Source: an uncultured archaeon
GTDB lineage: Archaea; Asgardarchaeota; Lokiarchaeia; Sigyniarchaeales; SOKP01
Direction: 5' to 3'
Length of the DNA: 64,000 nucleotides
Assembly: GCA_964486045.1 (NCBI GenBank)
Contig: CAZALK010000002.1
Location: forward strand, 256,001-320,000
In this document: positions 10,910 to 21,668 of the stretch, in pieces
Position numbering within the stretch: position 1 is the stretch's first letter
How the letters are laid out: each line of letters starts with the position of its first letter
Notes under the pieces: generated by a model
Database searches by the model: none
Told to the model about the DNA's origin: nothing
The model's input: only the letters and a program-made list of their open reading frames with translations
Made by a program: the position numbers and the translations under genes

Positions 10910-11006
10910 AATCAAATAGAAAACTTATGTGAAAAATTTTAAATAATAAGTTAAATACTATAATTTTTCCATTTGTGTTAATTATTTTAGCATTAGAGGT
11001 TTTTCT

Positions 11007-11915
11007 TTGAAAACATTAATTGTAGCATTAGGTGGGAATGCTTTAATAAAATTTGGTGATGAGGGTACAACAGAAGAACAATTTCGAAATTTACGTGTTC
11101 CCATAAGTCAAATCGCAGAATTAGCTAAAGAATATAATATAATTATAACCCATGGTAACGGTCCCCAAGTAGGAAACTTATTGTTACAACAAGAAGCTAC
11201 TAAAGCAGTTTCGAAGAGACCATTACAAATTTTAGTTGCTGAGACTCAAGGCCAAATAGGCTTCATGATTGAGTCTACCTTAGATGAAGCACTTATGAAA
11301 ATTGGTCTTGATAAAGAAAAGCTGTTTCTTACTGTTCTTACTTATGTTGAGGTAAATTCTGAAGACCCTGCATTTTTAAATCCTACTAAACCGATAGGTC
11401 CCGCTTATTCGGTGCCAAAAGCGGGATATGTTAAAACAGTAAAAGGATATCGCCGTGTAGTTCCCTCACCAAAACCCATTAAAATATATCAATGGCGTGA
11501 GATAAAAAGATTAATGGAATTAGGAAGTTGGATTATAATTGCTTGCGGAGGTGGCGGAATTCCTGTAATAAAAGAAAAAAAAAGACTTTATGGTGTCGAA
11601 GCTGTAATAGATAAAGATCTTGCAAGTGCTAAATTAGCTGAACAAATTAATGCTGATATTTTATTAATAGCAACTGATGTAGAAAAAGTTTCTCTTAATT
11701 ATGGAAGGTCAAATCAAGTGGATTTAGATAGTGTTTCTGTTTCTGAAGCAAAAAAATATTTAGAAGAAGATCAATTCCCACCAGGAAGCATGGGACCTAA
11801 AATTCAGGCAGTTATAAACTTTTTAGAATCAGGTGGAGAAAAAGCAATAATAACTTCTATCGATAAAATAATTAAAGCTTTAGATGGAAAAGCGGGGACA
11901 CAGATATATATATAA
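11007..11915 (+). CDS. arcC: Carbamate kinase
   Basis: ALGGNAL, THGNGPQVG, PTKPIGP, GGGGIPV, VIDKD and GSMGPK motifs. Confidence 0.95.
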   Translation: MKTLIVALGGNALIKFGDEGTTEEQFRNLRVPISQIAELAKEYNIIITHGNGPQVGNLLLQQEATKAVSKRPLQILVAETQGQIGFMIESTLDEALMKIGLDKEKLFLTVLTYVEVNSEDPAFLNPTKPIGPAYSVPKAGYVKTVKGYRRVVPSPKPIKIYQWREIKRLMELGSWIIIACGGGGIPVIKEKKRLYGVEAVIDKDLASAKLAEQINADILLIATDVEKVSLNYGRSNQVDLDSVSVSEAKKYLEEDQFPPGSMGPKIQAVINFLESGGEKAIITSIDKIIKALDGKAGTQIYI

Positions 11916-11977
11916 GATTATGATTATTTAGGTAAACAATAAATCTCCAATGATAAAACAAAAATTTTGAGCCATAT

Positions 11978-13240
11978 TTAGTCTCGAATTAGGATCTTTT
12001 CTATAATTTCCAGAGCCCAATCAATTTCCTCTCGAGTTATTACTAATGGTGGAGCAAATCTAATCGTAGTCGAATGGGTATCCTTTGCAAGTATCCCATT
12101 ATTTTTTAAGTCTTCAACAATTTGCCTAGCATCTTTAGTAAATTCAACTGCAATAAGCAAACCCTTACCCCTTATGTCTTTAATTGGAATTCTTGTTTTC
12201 TTTTCACCAATTTCTCTTAGTCTCTTGATAAAATATGCTCCCATTTCCTTTGATCGTTCAGCGAGGTTTTCACGTAAGTGAATATCGATGGATTTCATTG
12301 CAACAGCACATGCCAACGGATTTCCCCCAAATGTACTTCCATGAGTGCCGGGTGTAATTACATCAGGTCCGACTATATCTTTAGTTGTTACGCACGCAGA
12401 AACAGGATAAATACCACCTCCAAGTGCTTTGCCTATTAGTAACATATCTGGCTTCACGTCTTCATGATCACAAGCAAAAAATTTCCCAGTTCTACAAAAC
12501 CCAGTCTGAATTTCATCTAAAACCATTAGAATATTATATTTTGTACAAACTTCCCTTACACTTCTTAGATAACCCTCCGGAGGGATGTTAACACCAGCTT
12601 CTCCTTGTATTGGTTCAAATAAAAAACCAGCTACTTTTTCAGGTCCAGTTTCTAGAATAATACTCTCTAATTCTTCTATATCTCCGTAGGAAATTATTTT
12701 AAATCCTGGTGTGTATGGTCCAAAATTTCCGTAATACCTGACTGCCGAGATGTCAGAACTAAAACCGATAATTGTTATCGTTCTTCCATGAAAATTATTT
12801 CTACATACTATAATTATCGCTTCGTCTTTTGGTATCTTTTTCTTAATATACCCCCATGCCCTTATTATTTTCAAACCTGTAGAAACTGCTTCTGTTCCAG
12901 TATTCATTGGAATAGACATTATTCCTGAATCTGATGGATCATTAATATGAGGACCAACAATTTCAGCTAATAATTTCAAGAAAGGCCCCATCATATCATT
13001 ATGAAAAGCCCTTGAGGTTAAAGTAACCTTACTAGCTTGTTCTGTTAAAGCGGCTATGATTTCTGGGTGACAATGGCCAGTGTTTTGACTTGAGTATGCT
13101 GATAAACAGTCAAGATACTTTTTTCCTTCCGGATCATAAACCCAAACTCCTTCTGCTCTAGAGATTACCACGGGAATCGGATGATAATTGTGAGCGCAAT
13201 ACTTTAAATCCATATCAATATAATCTTTTGAGGTTGGCAT
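11978..13240 (-). CDS. rocD: Ornithine--oxo-acid aminotransferase
   Basis: AHNYHP, CLSAYS, LTSRAF, EPIQGEAG, DEIQTG, GKALGGG and HGSTFGGNP motifs. Confidence 0.9.
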   Translation of the reverse strand: MPTSKDYIDMDLKYCAHNYHPIPVVISRAEGVWVYDPEGKKYLDCLSAYSSQNTGHCHPEIIAALTEQASKVTLTSRAFHNDMMGPFLKLLAEIVGPHINDPSDSGIMSIPMNTGTEAVSTGLKIIRAWGYIKKKIPKDEAIIIVCRNNFHGRTITIIGFSSDISAVRYYGNFGPYTPGFKIISYGDIEELESIILETGPEKVAGFLFEPIQGEAGVNIPPEGYLRSVREVCTKYNILMVLDEIQTGFCRTGKFFACDHEDVKPDMLLIGKALGGGIYPVSACVTTKDIVGPDVITPGTHGSTFGGNPLACAVAMKSIDIHLRENLAERSKEMGAYFIKRLREIGEKKTRIPIKDIRGKGLLIAVEFTKDARQIVEDLKNNGILAKDTHSTTIRFAPPLVITREEIDWALEIIEKILIRD

Positions 13241-13372
13241 AATACTTCAAATAACTTTACTTAAAAAATTATTACTAAATTAAATGAAAGAATTCATTAA
13301 AGTTTTAGATTTTTTGTAAAATAAGCCTTGGGAAAGCGATGGGAATTCTTTATACTTAGAGACAAAATTCAA

Positions 13373-13867
13373 TTAAAATTCAATATTATCTCCAAATTCT
13401 TTTATAGGCCATTGCCAATAGAGATCTGTTTTAATAACTCCCTTATCTTTTAATTCTGTAAATAACTTTTCTCTTAAATTATGAAGAAAATTATCGGGAT
13501 CATAGAGAATCTGACCTTCATCTAATGCATCTAAAATTAAATAATATTTTGAATCCGCATAACTTTTCATTTCCTTTGAAGTTCTCCAGAGAGCTTGAAT
13601 ACCTGAACAAACAGACATAGTTAAATTAATACCCCACTTACTCCTCTTAAGAAGATCAACAGTAATTTTATCAGAAATAATAAATAAATCAATATCGCTT
13701 ATATATTCTGAATCATCCCTAGACCTTCCAGTTGCAACAGACCCATAAAGTAAGATTGAGCGTATTTCTAAGTCTAATTTAAAAATATATTGAAGAAACT
13801 CACTTAGTTTGTTTTTAAAATACTCTTCTTTAATAAAAAATAGGTTTATATCCTCAACTTGAGTCAT
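13373..13867 (-). CDS. Minimal nucleotidyltransferase (MNT) antitoxin
   Basis: LYGSVATG...SDIDL motif; overlaps the upstream HEPN gene. Confidence 0.85.
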   Translation of the reverse strand: MTQVEDINLFFIKEEYFKNKLSEFLQYIFKLDLEIRSILLYGSVATGRSRDDSEYISDIDLFIISDKITVDLLKRSKWGINLTMSVCSGIQALWRTSKEMKSYADSKYYLILDALDEGQILYDPDNFLHNLREKLFTELKDKGVIKTDLYWQWPIKEFGDNIEF

Positions 13868-14373
13868 TTTTCAATCAAATCATTACATTCTTTTATGAAA
13901 TTTGATAATAATATTATTTCTTGTTTGAGATTTGGTAATTCATTAATTAGTGCCTTAATATTTATCATAATTTTTTCTAAGTCTTTTAAATATTTAATTG
14001 CTTCTAATTTATCGTATTTCTCCTCTGGAGTGATTAATTTACCCTCTTTCATAATTCCATATCTAGTGGAGGGTCCTTCTCCTTCAATCCCTTTTGCTAG
14101 AGCTGCGACGTTTTTTATTTTCTCAAGAATTTCTTTTTCAATATTAATATTTTTATTAGTTTCAATGGATTCTAATATTATTGATGGATTGTGAATTTTG
14201 CGAAATTTAAATCCTAACAATAGGATTAATGCTTTTTGCAGTTGTTCTATTGATAATTGAATTTTAAAGACACACTCAGAATAGTCATTAATTTTATAAT
14301 TCCTAATTACTCTTTCTATATTTTTAAACGCTAAATCTATCCATTCCTTAGTTTTTTCGTAATTAGTGGTCAA
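13864..14373 (-). CDS. HEPN-domain protein (MNT partner)
   Basis: QLSIEQLQKA...KIH...STRYG pattern of the archaeal MNT-associated HEPN class. Confidence 0.8.
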   Translation of the reverse strand: MTTNYEKTKEWIDLAFKNIERVIRNYKINDYSECVFKIQLSIEQLQKALILLLGFKFRKIHNPSIILESIETNKNINIEKEILEKIKNVAALAKGIEGEGPSTRYGIMKEGKLITPEEKYDKLEAIKYLKDLEKIMINIKALINELPNLKQEIILLSNFIKECNDLIEK

Positions 14374-14555
14374 ATTGATAATGAAAGTATTTAATATTCT
14401 AGTCTATAAATAATACGAATTCTATTTTTAAAAAAATTTAGCACTCATTTATATCTATTAATCTTTTTTATGATTAATAACAAAAATCATAATCTAGAGA
14501 ATTAAAAGTTTACAGAGAATTTTAAATGCACAACTTCAATCATCACTCTTATTAG

Positions 14556-15365
14556 TTAAGATATTTTATTTTTATTTTCTCTATTTCCTCGTTTTATAAT
14601 TTCTTTAATAAAATAAGTTGCAACCATATTAGCCTTAGCACCTGAACCAAAACCTGCATCATATCCTAGCTCTTTTGCCAATTCATTACTTATTCTTGCT
14701 CCACCACATATTAAAATTACTTTATCACGTATTTCTTCTGCTTCTAATAGTTCTACTAAATTAGTTAAATTCTTTACATGAATATTTTTTTGGGTAACTG
14801 TTTGAGACACCAGTAATACATCTGCTTTTAATTCTATAGCCTTTTTTACAAATTCTTCATTTGTTATCTGGCTTCCGAGATTATAAGTTTCAATCATTTC
14901 AAATCTTTCAAGCCCATAATGACCCGCGAAGCCTTTCATATTCATAATAGCATCAATACCTACTGTATGAGCATCTGTACCTGTTGATGCCCCAAGAATT
15001 ACAATTTTCCGCTTAAGGTTTTTTTTTATGAGTTCATTTATTACTTCAATTGACAAAGTTTCTACCTCAACAGATTCTGCTTGAATTGTTGTATAATCAA
15101 CTGTATGATCTATACTGCCATACACTACAAAAAATGTAAAATCTTTATCTAAGGAGCTATGATAGGCTACAGTTGGATCTTTTAATCCCATCTTTTTTGC
15201 TAACTCTTTAGCTGCTACAACTGCTTTTTCATCATTTTCAATAGGAAGCGTAAAACTTAATTGAACTTTTCCATCGTTCATCGTATCGCCATAAGGTTTA
15301 ATTTTTGTTAAATCGAGATGTTGATCAAATTCCCTTTTTTCAGTCGAATATAATCCCCCACCCAT
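14556..15365 (-). CDS. kamE: Lysine 5,6-aminomutase beta subunit (cobalamin-binding)
   Basis: KPYGDTMNDGKVQLSFTLP, DAHTVG B12 motif and NMKG PLP lysine. Confidence 0.95.
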   Translation of the reverse strand: MGGGLYSTEKREFDQHLDLTKIKPYGDTMNDGKVQLSFTLPIENDEKAVVAAKELAKKMGLKDPTVAYHSSLDKDFTFFVVYGSIDHTVDYTTIQAESVEVETLSIEVINELIKKNLKRKIVILGASTGTDAHTVGIDAIMNMKGFAGHYGLERFEMIETYNLGSQITNEEFVKKAIELKADVLLVSQTVTQKNIHVKNLTNLVELLEAEEIRDKVILICGGARISNELAKELGYDAGFGSGAKANMVATYFIKEIIKRGNRENKNKIS

Positions 15366-15366
15366 A

Positions 15367-16947
15367 TTAATTCCCTCCTTTTATTAAATCATTTATCATA
15401 ATTTCCATAAATGGATTATAATATTCTTCCTTTTTTTGAACTACCCCATCCATCCCCTTACCCCCATCTGTAGGTCTTTTAATTCCCGCGAAAATACCTT
15501 TTTCAATAGTCGTAAATAGTCCTTGTTTTTCAATTTCCTTTAGCAAATTGTAAGCATTATTAATGACTTCATTAGCTCTTTTTTCTATTACTCCACCTTT
15601 CTTAAAAATGATTTCTTCACTTATAGATTTCATATTATTAAAAATATATTTAGCGTTTTCTATCGATAGTGCTCTATCAGCCATAAAGGGGGTGTGTATT
15701 GCCTCTGTCAACATACCTAGGAGATGAATCCGTTGGTTAGTCATAATTGTAATCATATTGAATAGTGCATCTTGAATATGGCCCTTGAAGATATTTCCAT
15801 TCATAAATTTTGTCGGAGGCATATATTTAAGGGGAGCGTTAGGAAAAATCTCTCGTGCCATTTGGGCTTGGGCAAGTTCATACAAAAAGCCATTCTCCAA
15901 ATCAGGATTCATTTCAAAAGCATGTCCTAGCCCCATAAGTTCCTCTTTTAACCCTGCGAGTAAGGCAAATTGTTCATTAATAAATTCTGAAGCGAGAACA
16001 GTATGCGCCGCATCAAATGCATCAGCAGTAGTTAAATAGTTATCTTCACCAGTATTAATTGTTATTCCTGCATATGCATTTATCATTCTTGAAAAATACT
16101 GATCAACAATCGTTCTTTTCATATTGATATCACGAAATAAAATACCATAAAGGGCGTCATTAAGCATCATATCAAGCCTTTCAAATGCTCCTATTACAGC
16201 AATTTCAGGCATACACAAGCCAGAGCAATAATTGGTTAACCTGATGTATCGTCCTAATTCTTCACTAACTTTATCCAATGCCGTTCTCATTAATCGAAAG
16301 TTCTCCTGAGTAGCATATGTTCCCCCAAATCCTTCTGTTGTAGCACCATAAGGAACATAATCAAGTAGACTCTGTACAGTAGATCTAATTACAGCGATTA
16401 TATCTGCTCCTTGACGTGCTGCAGCCTGAGCCTGAACAATGTCTTCATAGATATTTCCCGTTGCTACAATAACATAAATAAGAGGTCCATCCTTTTCTCC
16501 ATACTTAGTAATTAATTGATTTCTTTTGCTTTTATTGAAAGAAATTTGCTTCAAATTTTCTTGAGCAATTAATTTTATTTTTGCCTTTATTTCTGAAATA
16601 TCTTCTAAAGGAAGATCTACTAGATCCAATTCACCTCTACTAACTTTTTCAGCAATCTCTTGAGGTGTAAGATTAGTTTGTAATATAGCATTCCCAATAT
16701 ATAGTGCTACTCCAACTCCCAAATTGTTTTTAATGTTATCAATTACAACGTTTGGTAAGGGAACATCAAACTCATCTACACCATCAATACCAAAGAATCT
16801 ACACACAGTCCTCTCAACGGTTGTAGTAGTATATTGATCTATAAATTTTTGAGTATCTAAAGCAATATTTTTTGCTGATTCTCTTGCTTTACTTACAGTT
16901 GAAAAATCTAAATTTAACTTACTTTCTTTTTCCATCATAATTTTCAC
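15367..16947 (-). CDS. kamD: Lysine 5,6-aminomutase alpha subunit
   Basis: VATGNIYED, YVPYGATTEGFGGTYATQEN, NYCSGLCMPE, GEDNY and MLTEAIHTP motifs. Confidence 0.95.
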   Translation of the reverse strand: MKIMMEKESKLNLDFSTVSKARESAKNIALDTQKFIDQYTTTTVERTVCRFFGIDGVDEFDVPLPNVVIDNIKNNLGVGVALYIGNAILQTNLTPQEIAEKVSRGELDLVDLPLEDISEIKAKIKLIAQENLKQISFNKSKRNQLITKYGEKDGPLIYVIVATGNIYEDIVQAQAAARQGADIIAVIRSTVQSLLDYVPYGATTEGFGGTYATQENFRLMRTALDKVSEELGRYIRLTNYCSGLCMPEIAVIGAFERLDMMLNDALYGILFRDINMKRTIVDQYFSRMINAYAGITINTGEDNYLTTADAFDAAHTVLASEFINEQFALLAGLKEELMGLGHAFEMNPDLENGFLYELAQAQMAREIFPNAPLKYMPPTKFMNGNIFKGHIQDALFNMITIMTNQRIHLLGMLTEAIHTPFMADRALSIENAKYIFNNMKSISEEIIFKKGGVIEKRANEVINNAYNLLKEIEKQGLFTTIEKGIFAGIKRPTDGGKGMDGVVQKKEEYYNPFMEIMINDLIKGGN

Positions 16948-16961
16948 TTATTTTTATTAAT

Positions 16962-17996
16962 TTACTCATTAACTCCAAGGTTATAAACAGGAATAGTGAG
17001 TAGTTCAGTAAATGACTTTAAAAATAAATCTTTATCGAACTCATATCCATTTGGAGATGTAGGATTTATTGTTACAGCGATAATTTTTATAGGTTTTAAT
17101 ACTTTTATGATTCCTTCATTCTTTTGGAATTTCATTAGAGTATTATTACTTAAAAATAATTTTGTTCCATCCTTTACCAAAAAAGTGCAACCCTTATACT
17201 TTTGGGTAGATTTCATTAAGTCTTCTAATAACCTATCTGTAATGGCGCCATTTATTACGATATATTTTGAGTCTTCATCTAAATTTTCAACAATTTCTTG
17301 AGCTGAATCTAATGCTGTGGGGACTTTTAAAAACTTAATCGAATTAGTTTTACTGATAATACCTATTTTTGATTTTTTCATTATTTCTTTTGAGAGATTT
17401 ATAGTTTTTTCATTAACCTCTTGCTCCAAATTTAATAAGTTAATAGTATGAATTGTTAAATCTATAACCTCACTCATGTTTCTGGATACCGAAGCTCCTG
17501 TCGAGATGATAGTAGCATCTGAGATTAAAGGAGTTGAATAAGATCTTCTATCAAACGCTCCATCGACCAGTATGAGATCGCAACCAAGGTTTTTTAATTC
17601 TAAACAGATCTTCTTTAATTGGATGTTTATTGAAGGTCCAGCTAATTCAATATACCCCTCCCCTTCTGTTTTTAAGATCATGACCTCTCCTAAGGGAGTA
17701 TAAAATCCTGTATTTTTAATAACCTCAAAATCTATTTTACTATCTTCAAAACATTGTTTTGCTGTAACTACAAAAGTCCCTTTCTTAACATAAATTTGCG
17801 GTTTAGGTAAATCAGTTATAACATCATATTTTTCACCATCTCTCCCAATTGAAGTGAGACCTAAAACATAAGTTTCTTCTATATTTCTTATAATATAATT
17901 TAAGGTAGTCGTTTTAGAAACATTTTTAGCAAGCCCTATTATCGAGATTACTCTTGGTTCATCAGTTTTATTGAAAAAGTCAGATATAAAGTCCAT
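16962..17996 (-). CDS. kamB: KamB-like P-loop accessory protein of lysine 5,6-aminomutase
   Basis: SIIGLAKNVSKTTT, LTSIGRDGE and DGAFDR motifs; located between kamA and kamD as in bacterial kam operons. Confidence 0.7.
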   Translation of the reverse strand: MDFISDFFNKTDEPRVISIIGLAKNVSKTTTLNYIIRNIEETYVLGLTSIGRDGEKYDVITDLPKPQIYVKKGTFVVTAKQCFEDSKIDFEVIKNTGFYTPLGEVMILKTEGEGYIELAGPSINIQLKKICLELKNLGCDLILVDGAFDRRSYSTPLISDATIISTGASVSRNMSEVIDLTIHTINLLNLEQEVNEKTINLSKEIMKKSKIGIISKTNSIKFLKVPTALDSAQEIVENLDEDSKYIVINGAITDRLLEDLMKSTQKYKGCTFLVKDGTKLFLSNNTLMKFQKNEGIIKVLKPIKIIAVTINPTSPNGYEFDKDLFLKSFTELLTIPVYNLGVNE

Positions 17997-18119
17997 TTTC
18001 TCACTAAAAAATTAATGAGTTATTAATAATATGAGAAATAGTTCTTGCCTATTTAAATTTTAAATTAAGTATAAATATTAACTCGATTTCTGTTATAAAT
18101 CTCAATATAATTTACTGTT

Positions 18120-19358
18120 TTATTTACTTAATTTCTTCCTTCTTAACTTTCTTACCATATCTTCTGGTTCGATAGTCATTTTCTGTCCACTCAATAAAGC
18201 ACTAACTCCAATTTGTTTCTCACAATCTTCGCAATGACAATTTGGAATATAATCGTTAGGTTCTTCATATGTAGTTATAACGCCCTCAAAGTTTCTTAAA
18301 ACAACACGAGTATTTCCCTGAGAAATAACGTAATCTGGCATCACTGGAATTTTTCCACCACCTCCAGGGGCATCAACGACAAATGTAGGTACACATAATC
18401 CAGAAGTATGACCCCTCAAACCTTCAATAATTTCAATACCCTGAGCAACACTAGTTCTAAAATGTCCTAGCCCTATAGAGAGATCGCATTGATAAATATA
18501 ATAAGGTCTGACTCTTATTTTTACTAGTTCCCGTACTAATTTCTTCATTACATGAATACAATCATTTACTCCTCTTAAAAGAACAGACTGGTTTCCCATA
18601 GGGATTCCCGCATCTGCTAACATCTCACAAGCTCTCGTAGAATCTCTTGTGATTTCATTTGAGTGATTGAAGTGTGTATTAAACCAAATAGGTTGATTTT
18701 TTTTAAGTATTTCACATAACTCTGGAGTAATTCGATGAGGATTTGTAACAGGGGCTCTAGAACCTATACGTATTATTTCTACGTGATGGATCTCTTTCAA
18801 TCCCTTTAAAATTTCTTCCAGTTTCCTATCGGATATTAATAATGCGTCACCTCCTGATAAAAGGACATCTCTAATAGAAGGAGTGTCTCTTATATACTCA
18901 ATGCATGCATCAATTTGAGGTTGTGGTGGTGACATATCATGATGACCTGCAAATCTTCTTCTAGTGCAATGTCTACAGTACATGGAGCAATTTTCTGTTA
19001 CGAGAAATAATACTCGATCAGGATAACGATGGGTTAATCCTTCGACAGGAGAATCCACATCTTCGCTTAGAGGGTCTTCAAGGTCACCAGTATATCTCTG
19101 TAATTCGTGAATAGTTGGGATAGCTTGTTTTCTGATTGGATCAAAAGGATCGTCGGGGTCAATTAAAGATAAGTAATAGGGGGTAATCGCCATTCGATAT
19201 TCTTTCAATAATCTAGGATCATCTTCTTCATTAGTCAACTTAATATATTTTTTAAGTTCTTCAAAAGTGGTTATTCTATTTTTAACTTGCCAATGCCAGT
19301 CATCCCAATCCTCATCATTTACATGAGAAAACAAATCATTACGTCTATTAACTTTCAT
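18120..19358 (-). CDS. kamA: Lysine 2,3-aminomutase (radical SAM, PLP)
   Basis: GLTHRYPDRV, CSMYCRHCTRRR, DAPGGGGK and Zn site CHCEDC. Confidence 0.95.
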   Translation of the reverse strand: MKVNRRNDLFSHVNDEDWDDWHWQVKNRITTFEELKKYIKLTNEEDDPRLLKEYRMAITPYYLSLIDPDDPFDPIRKQAIPTIHELQRYTGDLEDPLSEDVDSPVEGLTHRYPDRVLFLVTENCSMYCRHCTRRRFAGHHDMSPPQPQIDACIEYIRDTPSIRDVLLSGGDALLISDRKLEEILKGLKEIHHVEIIRIGSRAPVTNPHRITPELCEILKKNQPIWFNTHFNHSNEITRDSTRACEMLADAGIPMGNQSVLLRGVNDCIHVMKKLVRELVKIRVRPYYIYQCDLSIGLGHFRTSVAQGIEIIEGLRGHTSGLCVPTFVVDAPGGGGKIPVMPDYVISQGNTRVVLRNFEGVITTYEEPNDYIPNCHCEDCEKQIGVSALLSGQKMTIEPEDMVRKLRRKKLSK

Positions 19359-19500
19359 GTCATTAAAATTGTAAATGTAATTAGATCTTATAATCTGTAA
19401 AGTTTTCTATACTAAAAATATTGTTTAATTAGATGAATTGAAAGATTCTTTAAAATAGTAAAATTAAATTCATTTAATTCTTTCTAATTTTTGGAACAAA

Positions 19501-20616
19501 ATGAATCCGGATCAAATAAAGACTAAAAGAATATTTACTAACCAAAATTCTGATATCAAAAAGAAAAAGTCGAGAACTACAGAAAACCCAGAAGTTAAAT
19601 ACTTAACCAGGTGTCGTGCATTCTCAGATCGACTAATAACTTCTGATGAAAATTCGACTCAAGAGGGATTTGAATATCTTTATAAAAATTATAAAAAATC
19701 AGAACTTTTTAAGCCTGAAACAACCGATTCAAAAATTCGAAGAAGAAACACTTACGGAAAGTATGGGTTTAAAATATTTAATGCTATGGTGAAAAGCTAT
19801 AGTGATATAAATCCCTATTTATCTGAAGTAGAGCAAAAGGAGCATTTTAGCCCAATTAATCAAGTTCTTCAAAATATTATTGGTTTATATCCTAATAAGG
19901 AGTTATGGTCTAATCTTCAAAAATATGCTGAGAAAAAATGGGAGATTATAAAGATAGGATTTACTGAACTCCCAGAATCATTAATTTTCAAGAACAAAAT
20001 GGTTTTGTTTCGATACGTGTTAGTTTTCATGCAAGAAATGAAGAAGAACAAAATCGATAAAGCTCCGAATATTGAAGCCAGTGATGAAACTATGCGAGTT
20101 TACGCAGCGTTAGGTGAGGCTGTGAATGATATTGCTAATTGGCTTCGTTCAAAGGGAATAAGAAGCCAGAGTAATCATCCAATGGGAGGTTTAGTATGCA
20201 CCCCACCGCTTGCAGGAAAAGCAGGAATGGGTTGGCAGGGTAAACAAGGAATATTAATTACACCAGAATTTGGACCTCGTCAAAGATTAGCCCCTATTTT
20301 TATTAAAGAGAAGATCTTTGAATTTACTGATAGTAAAGAACATAGGTGGATTGAAGAATACTGTGTTACTTGTGATTTATGTCAAAAAAATTGTCCAGGT
20401 AAAGCAGTTTATACTGAAAAAAAAGTCACCATTGAAAATATACCTACGATTGGGGCTATGAAAACTTGTATTGATAATGCTAAATGTTATCCATTTTTTC
20501 TTAAAAATATGGGATGTTCAATATGCATTGCGGTATGTCCATTTTCAGAAGGACAAATAATATATTCTAAACTGAAAAAATATGTGGAAAAAAAGTCTGT
20601 ATCTGGAAAGTTATAA
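19501..20616 (+). CDS. Reductive dehalogenase/QueG-like cobalamin 2x[4Fe-4S] protein
   Basis: AGMGWQGKQG..ITPEFGPRQRL, CVTCDLCQKNCP and C...CSICIAVCPF motifs; no TAT signal seen. Confidence 0.7.
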   Translation: MNPDQIKTKRIFTNQNSDIKKKKSRTTENPEVKYLTRCRAFSDRLITSDENSTQEGFEYLYKNYKKSELFKPETTDSKIRRRNTYGKYGFKIFNAMVKSYSDINPYLSEVEQKEHFSPINQVLQNIIGLYPNKELWSNLQKYAEKKWEIIKIGFTELPESLIFKNKMVLFRYVLVFMQEMKKNKIDKAPNIEASDETMRVYAALGEAVNDIANWLRSKGIRSQSNHPMGGLVCTPPLAGKAGMGWQGKQGILITPEFGPRQRLAPIFIKEKIFEFTDSKEHRWIEEYCVTCDLCQKNCPGKAVYTEKKVTIENIPTIGAMKTCIDNAKCYPFFLKNMGCSICIAVCPFSEGQIIYSKLKKYVEKKSVSGKL

Positions 20617-21660
20617 CTAGCTCTTAACATATTTTTCCTCGAATATTTTCCTTAAAGTACTTGATTCTCTCAGAACATCTAACGCAATTTGACCATGGTT
20701 TTTAGTATAACCATTACCAATAATCATTGTGACATCTTTTCCTACACCTTCCGCCCCTAAAGCGGCTTTAGTAAAACTGGTGGCCATTGAGAAAAAATAT
20801 ACAATACCTCCATCTCGAACAGGAAGAATACTTGACATTTCCGTATTTGGTATGCTCAAACAATTGATTGTGAGATCTACTTCTTGTCCTTTATTAATTT
20901 TTAACATTTCTTCTAGCACTTCTACTGGTTTCAATACGTCAGCAATAATAATCTCATCACAAAATTCTGTTTTTCTAAGAAATTCGGCTCGAGCATCATT
21001 TCTTGCCTGACCAATTACTTTTCCTTCCTTACCAACAAGTTTTTTAGCAACATAGGAACACATTAACCCAGATTTACCAGTTGCACCTAGAACTAAAACA
21101 ATATTGCCATTTTTCACTAAGCGCTTAACCTGAGCTGGTGCTCCAGCCACATCCAAAGCGGCTAATGCTAATGTATCTTCCATATCAGTAGGAAGTATAG
21201 TAAATATTCCACTCTCAAAAAGAATAGCCTTCCCCTTTATTTCAACTCTATCAATGTCAGGATTAATATTCAAGATTTTATCTATTCTAAGAGGAGTTAA
21301 AGATAAAGACACTAGCGTAGCAATTTTATCACCCTCATTAATCTCAAGTTTACCTTTTAAATCATCCCCAATCTTTTCGATTTTGCCGATCAGCATCCCA
21401 CCCGAACCGGTTATTGGATTTTGCATTTTACCTCTTTCGTTTACAATTTCTATTATTTTTAGTTTAACTTTTTCCATATCATTCTGTGCTTCTTCTTTGA
21501 GTTGGGTAAAACTCGCGGAATCAATATTTAAATACTCTACATCAATTAAAATTTCATTATCAAATATAATCATATCGTTTGAAACCTTTGTTGCGGGTTG
21601 AGGTAAAGCTCCTTTTGGTTCAATTACTCTATGAGTTCCATATTTATTTCCTTTTTTCAT
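20617..21660 (-). CDS. kdd: L-erythro-3,5-diaminohexanoate dehydrogenase
   Basis: YGTHRVIEPKG.LPQPA, LNIDSASF, TLVSLSLTP, DVAGAP and FFSMATSF motifs. Confidence 0.93.
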   Translation of the reverse strand: MKKGNKYGTHRVIEPKGALPQPATKVSNDMIIFDNEILIDVEYLNIDSASFTQLKEEAQNDMEKVKLKIIEIVNERGKMQNPITGSGGMLIGKIEKIGDDLKGKLEINEGDKIATLVSLSLTPLRIDKILNINPDIDRVEIKGKAILFESGIFTILPTDMEDTLALAALDVAGAPAQVKRLVKNGNIVLVLGATGKSGLMCSYVAKKLVGKEGKVIGQARNDARAEFLRKTEFCDEIIIADVLKPVEVLEEMLKINKGQEVDLTINCLSIPNTEMSSILPVRDGGIVYFFSMATSFTKAALGAEGVGKDVTMIIGNGYTKNHGQIALDVLRESSTLRKIFEEKYVKS

Positions 21661-21668
21661 ATCACATC

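Noticed and set aside
10195-10941. Target duplication around vapBC (GAAAAATTTTA at 10201 and 10931)
   Set aside because: Only 11 bp of almost pure A/T; expected by chance in this composition.
18120-19358. EpmB, PylB or osmolyte-type AblA call
   Set aside because: Full KamA motifs with Zn cysteines and adjacency to kamDE, kdd and kce indicate the fermentative enzyme.
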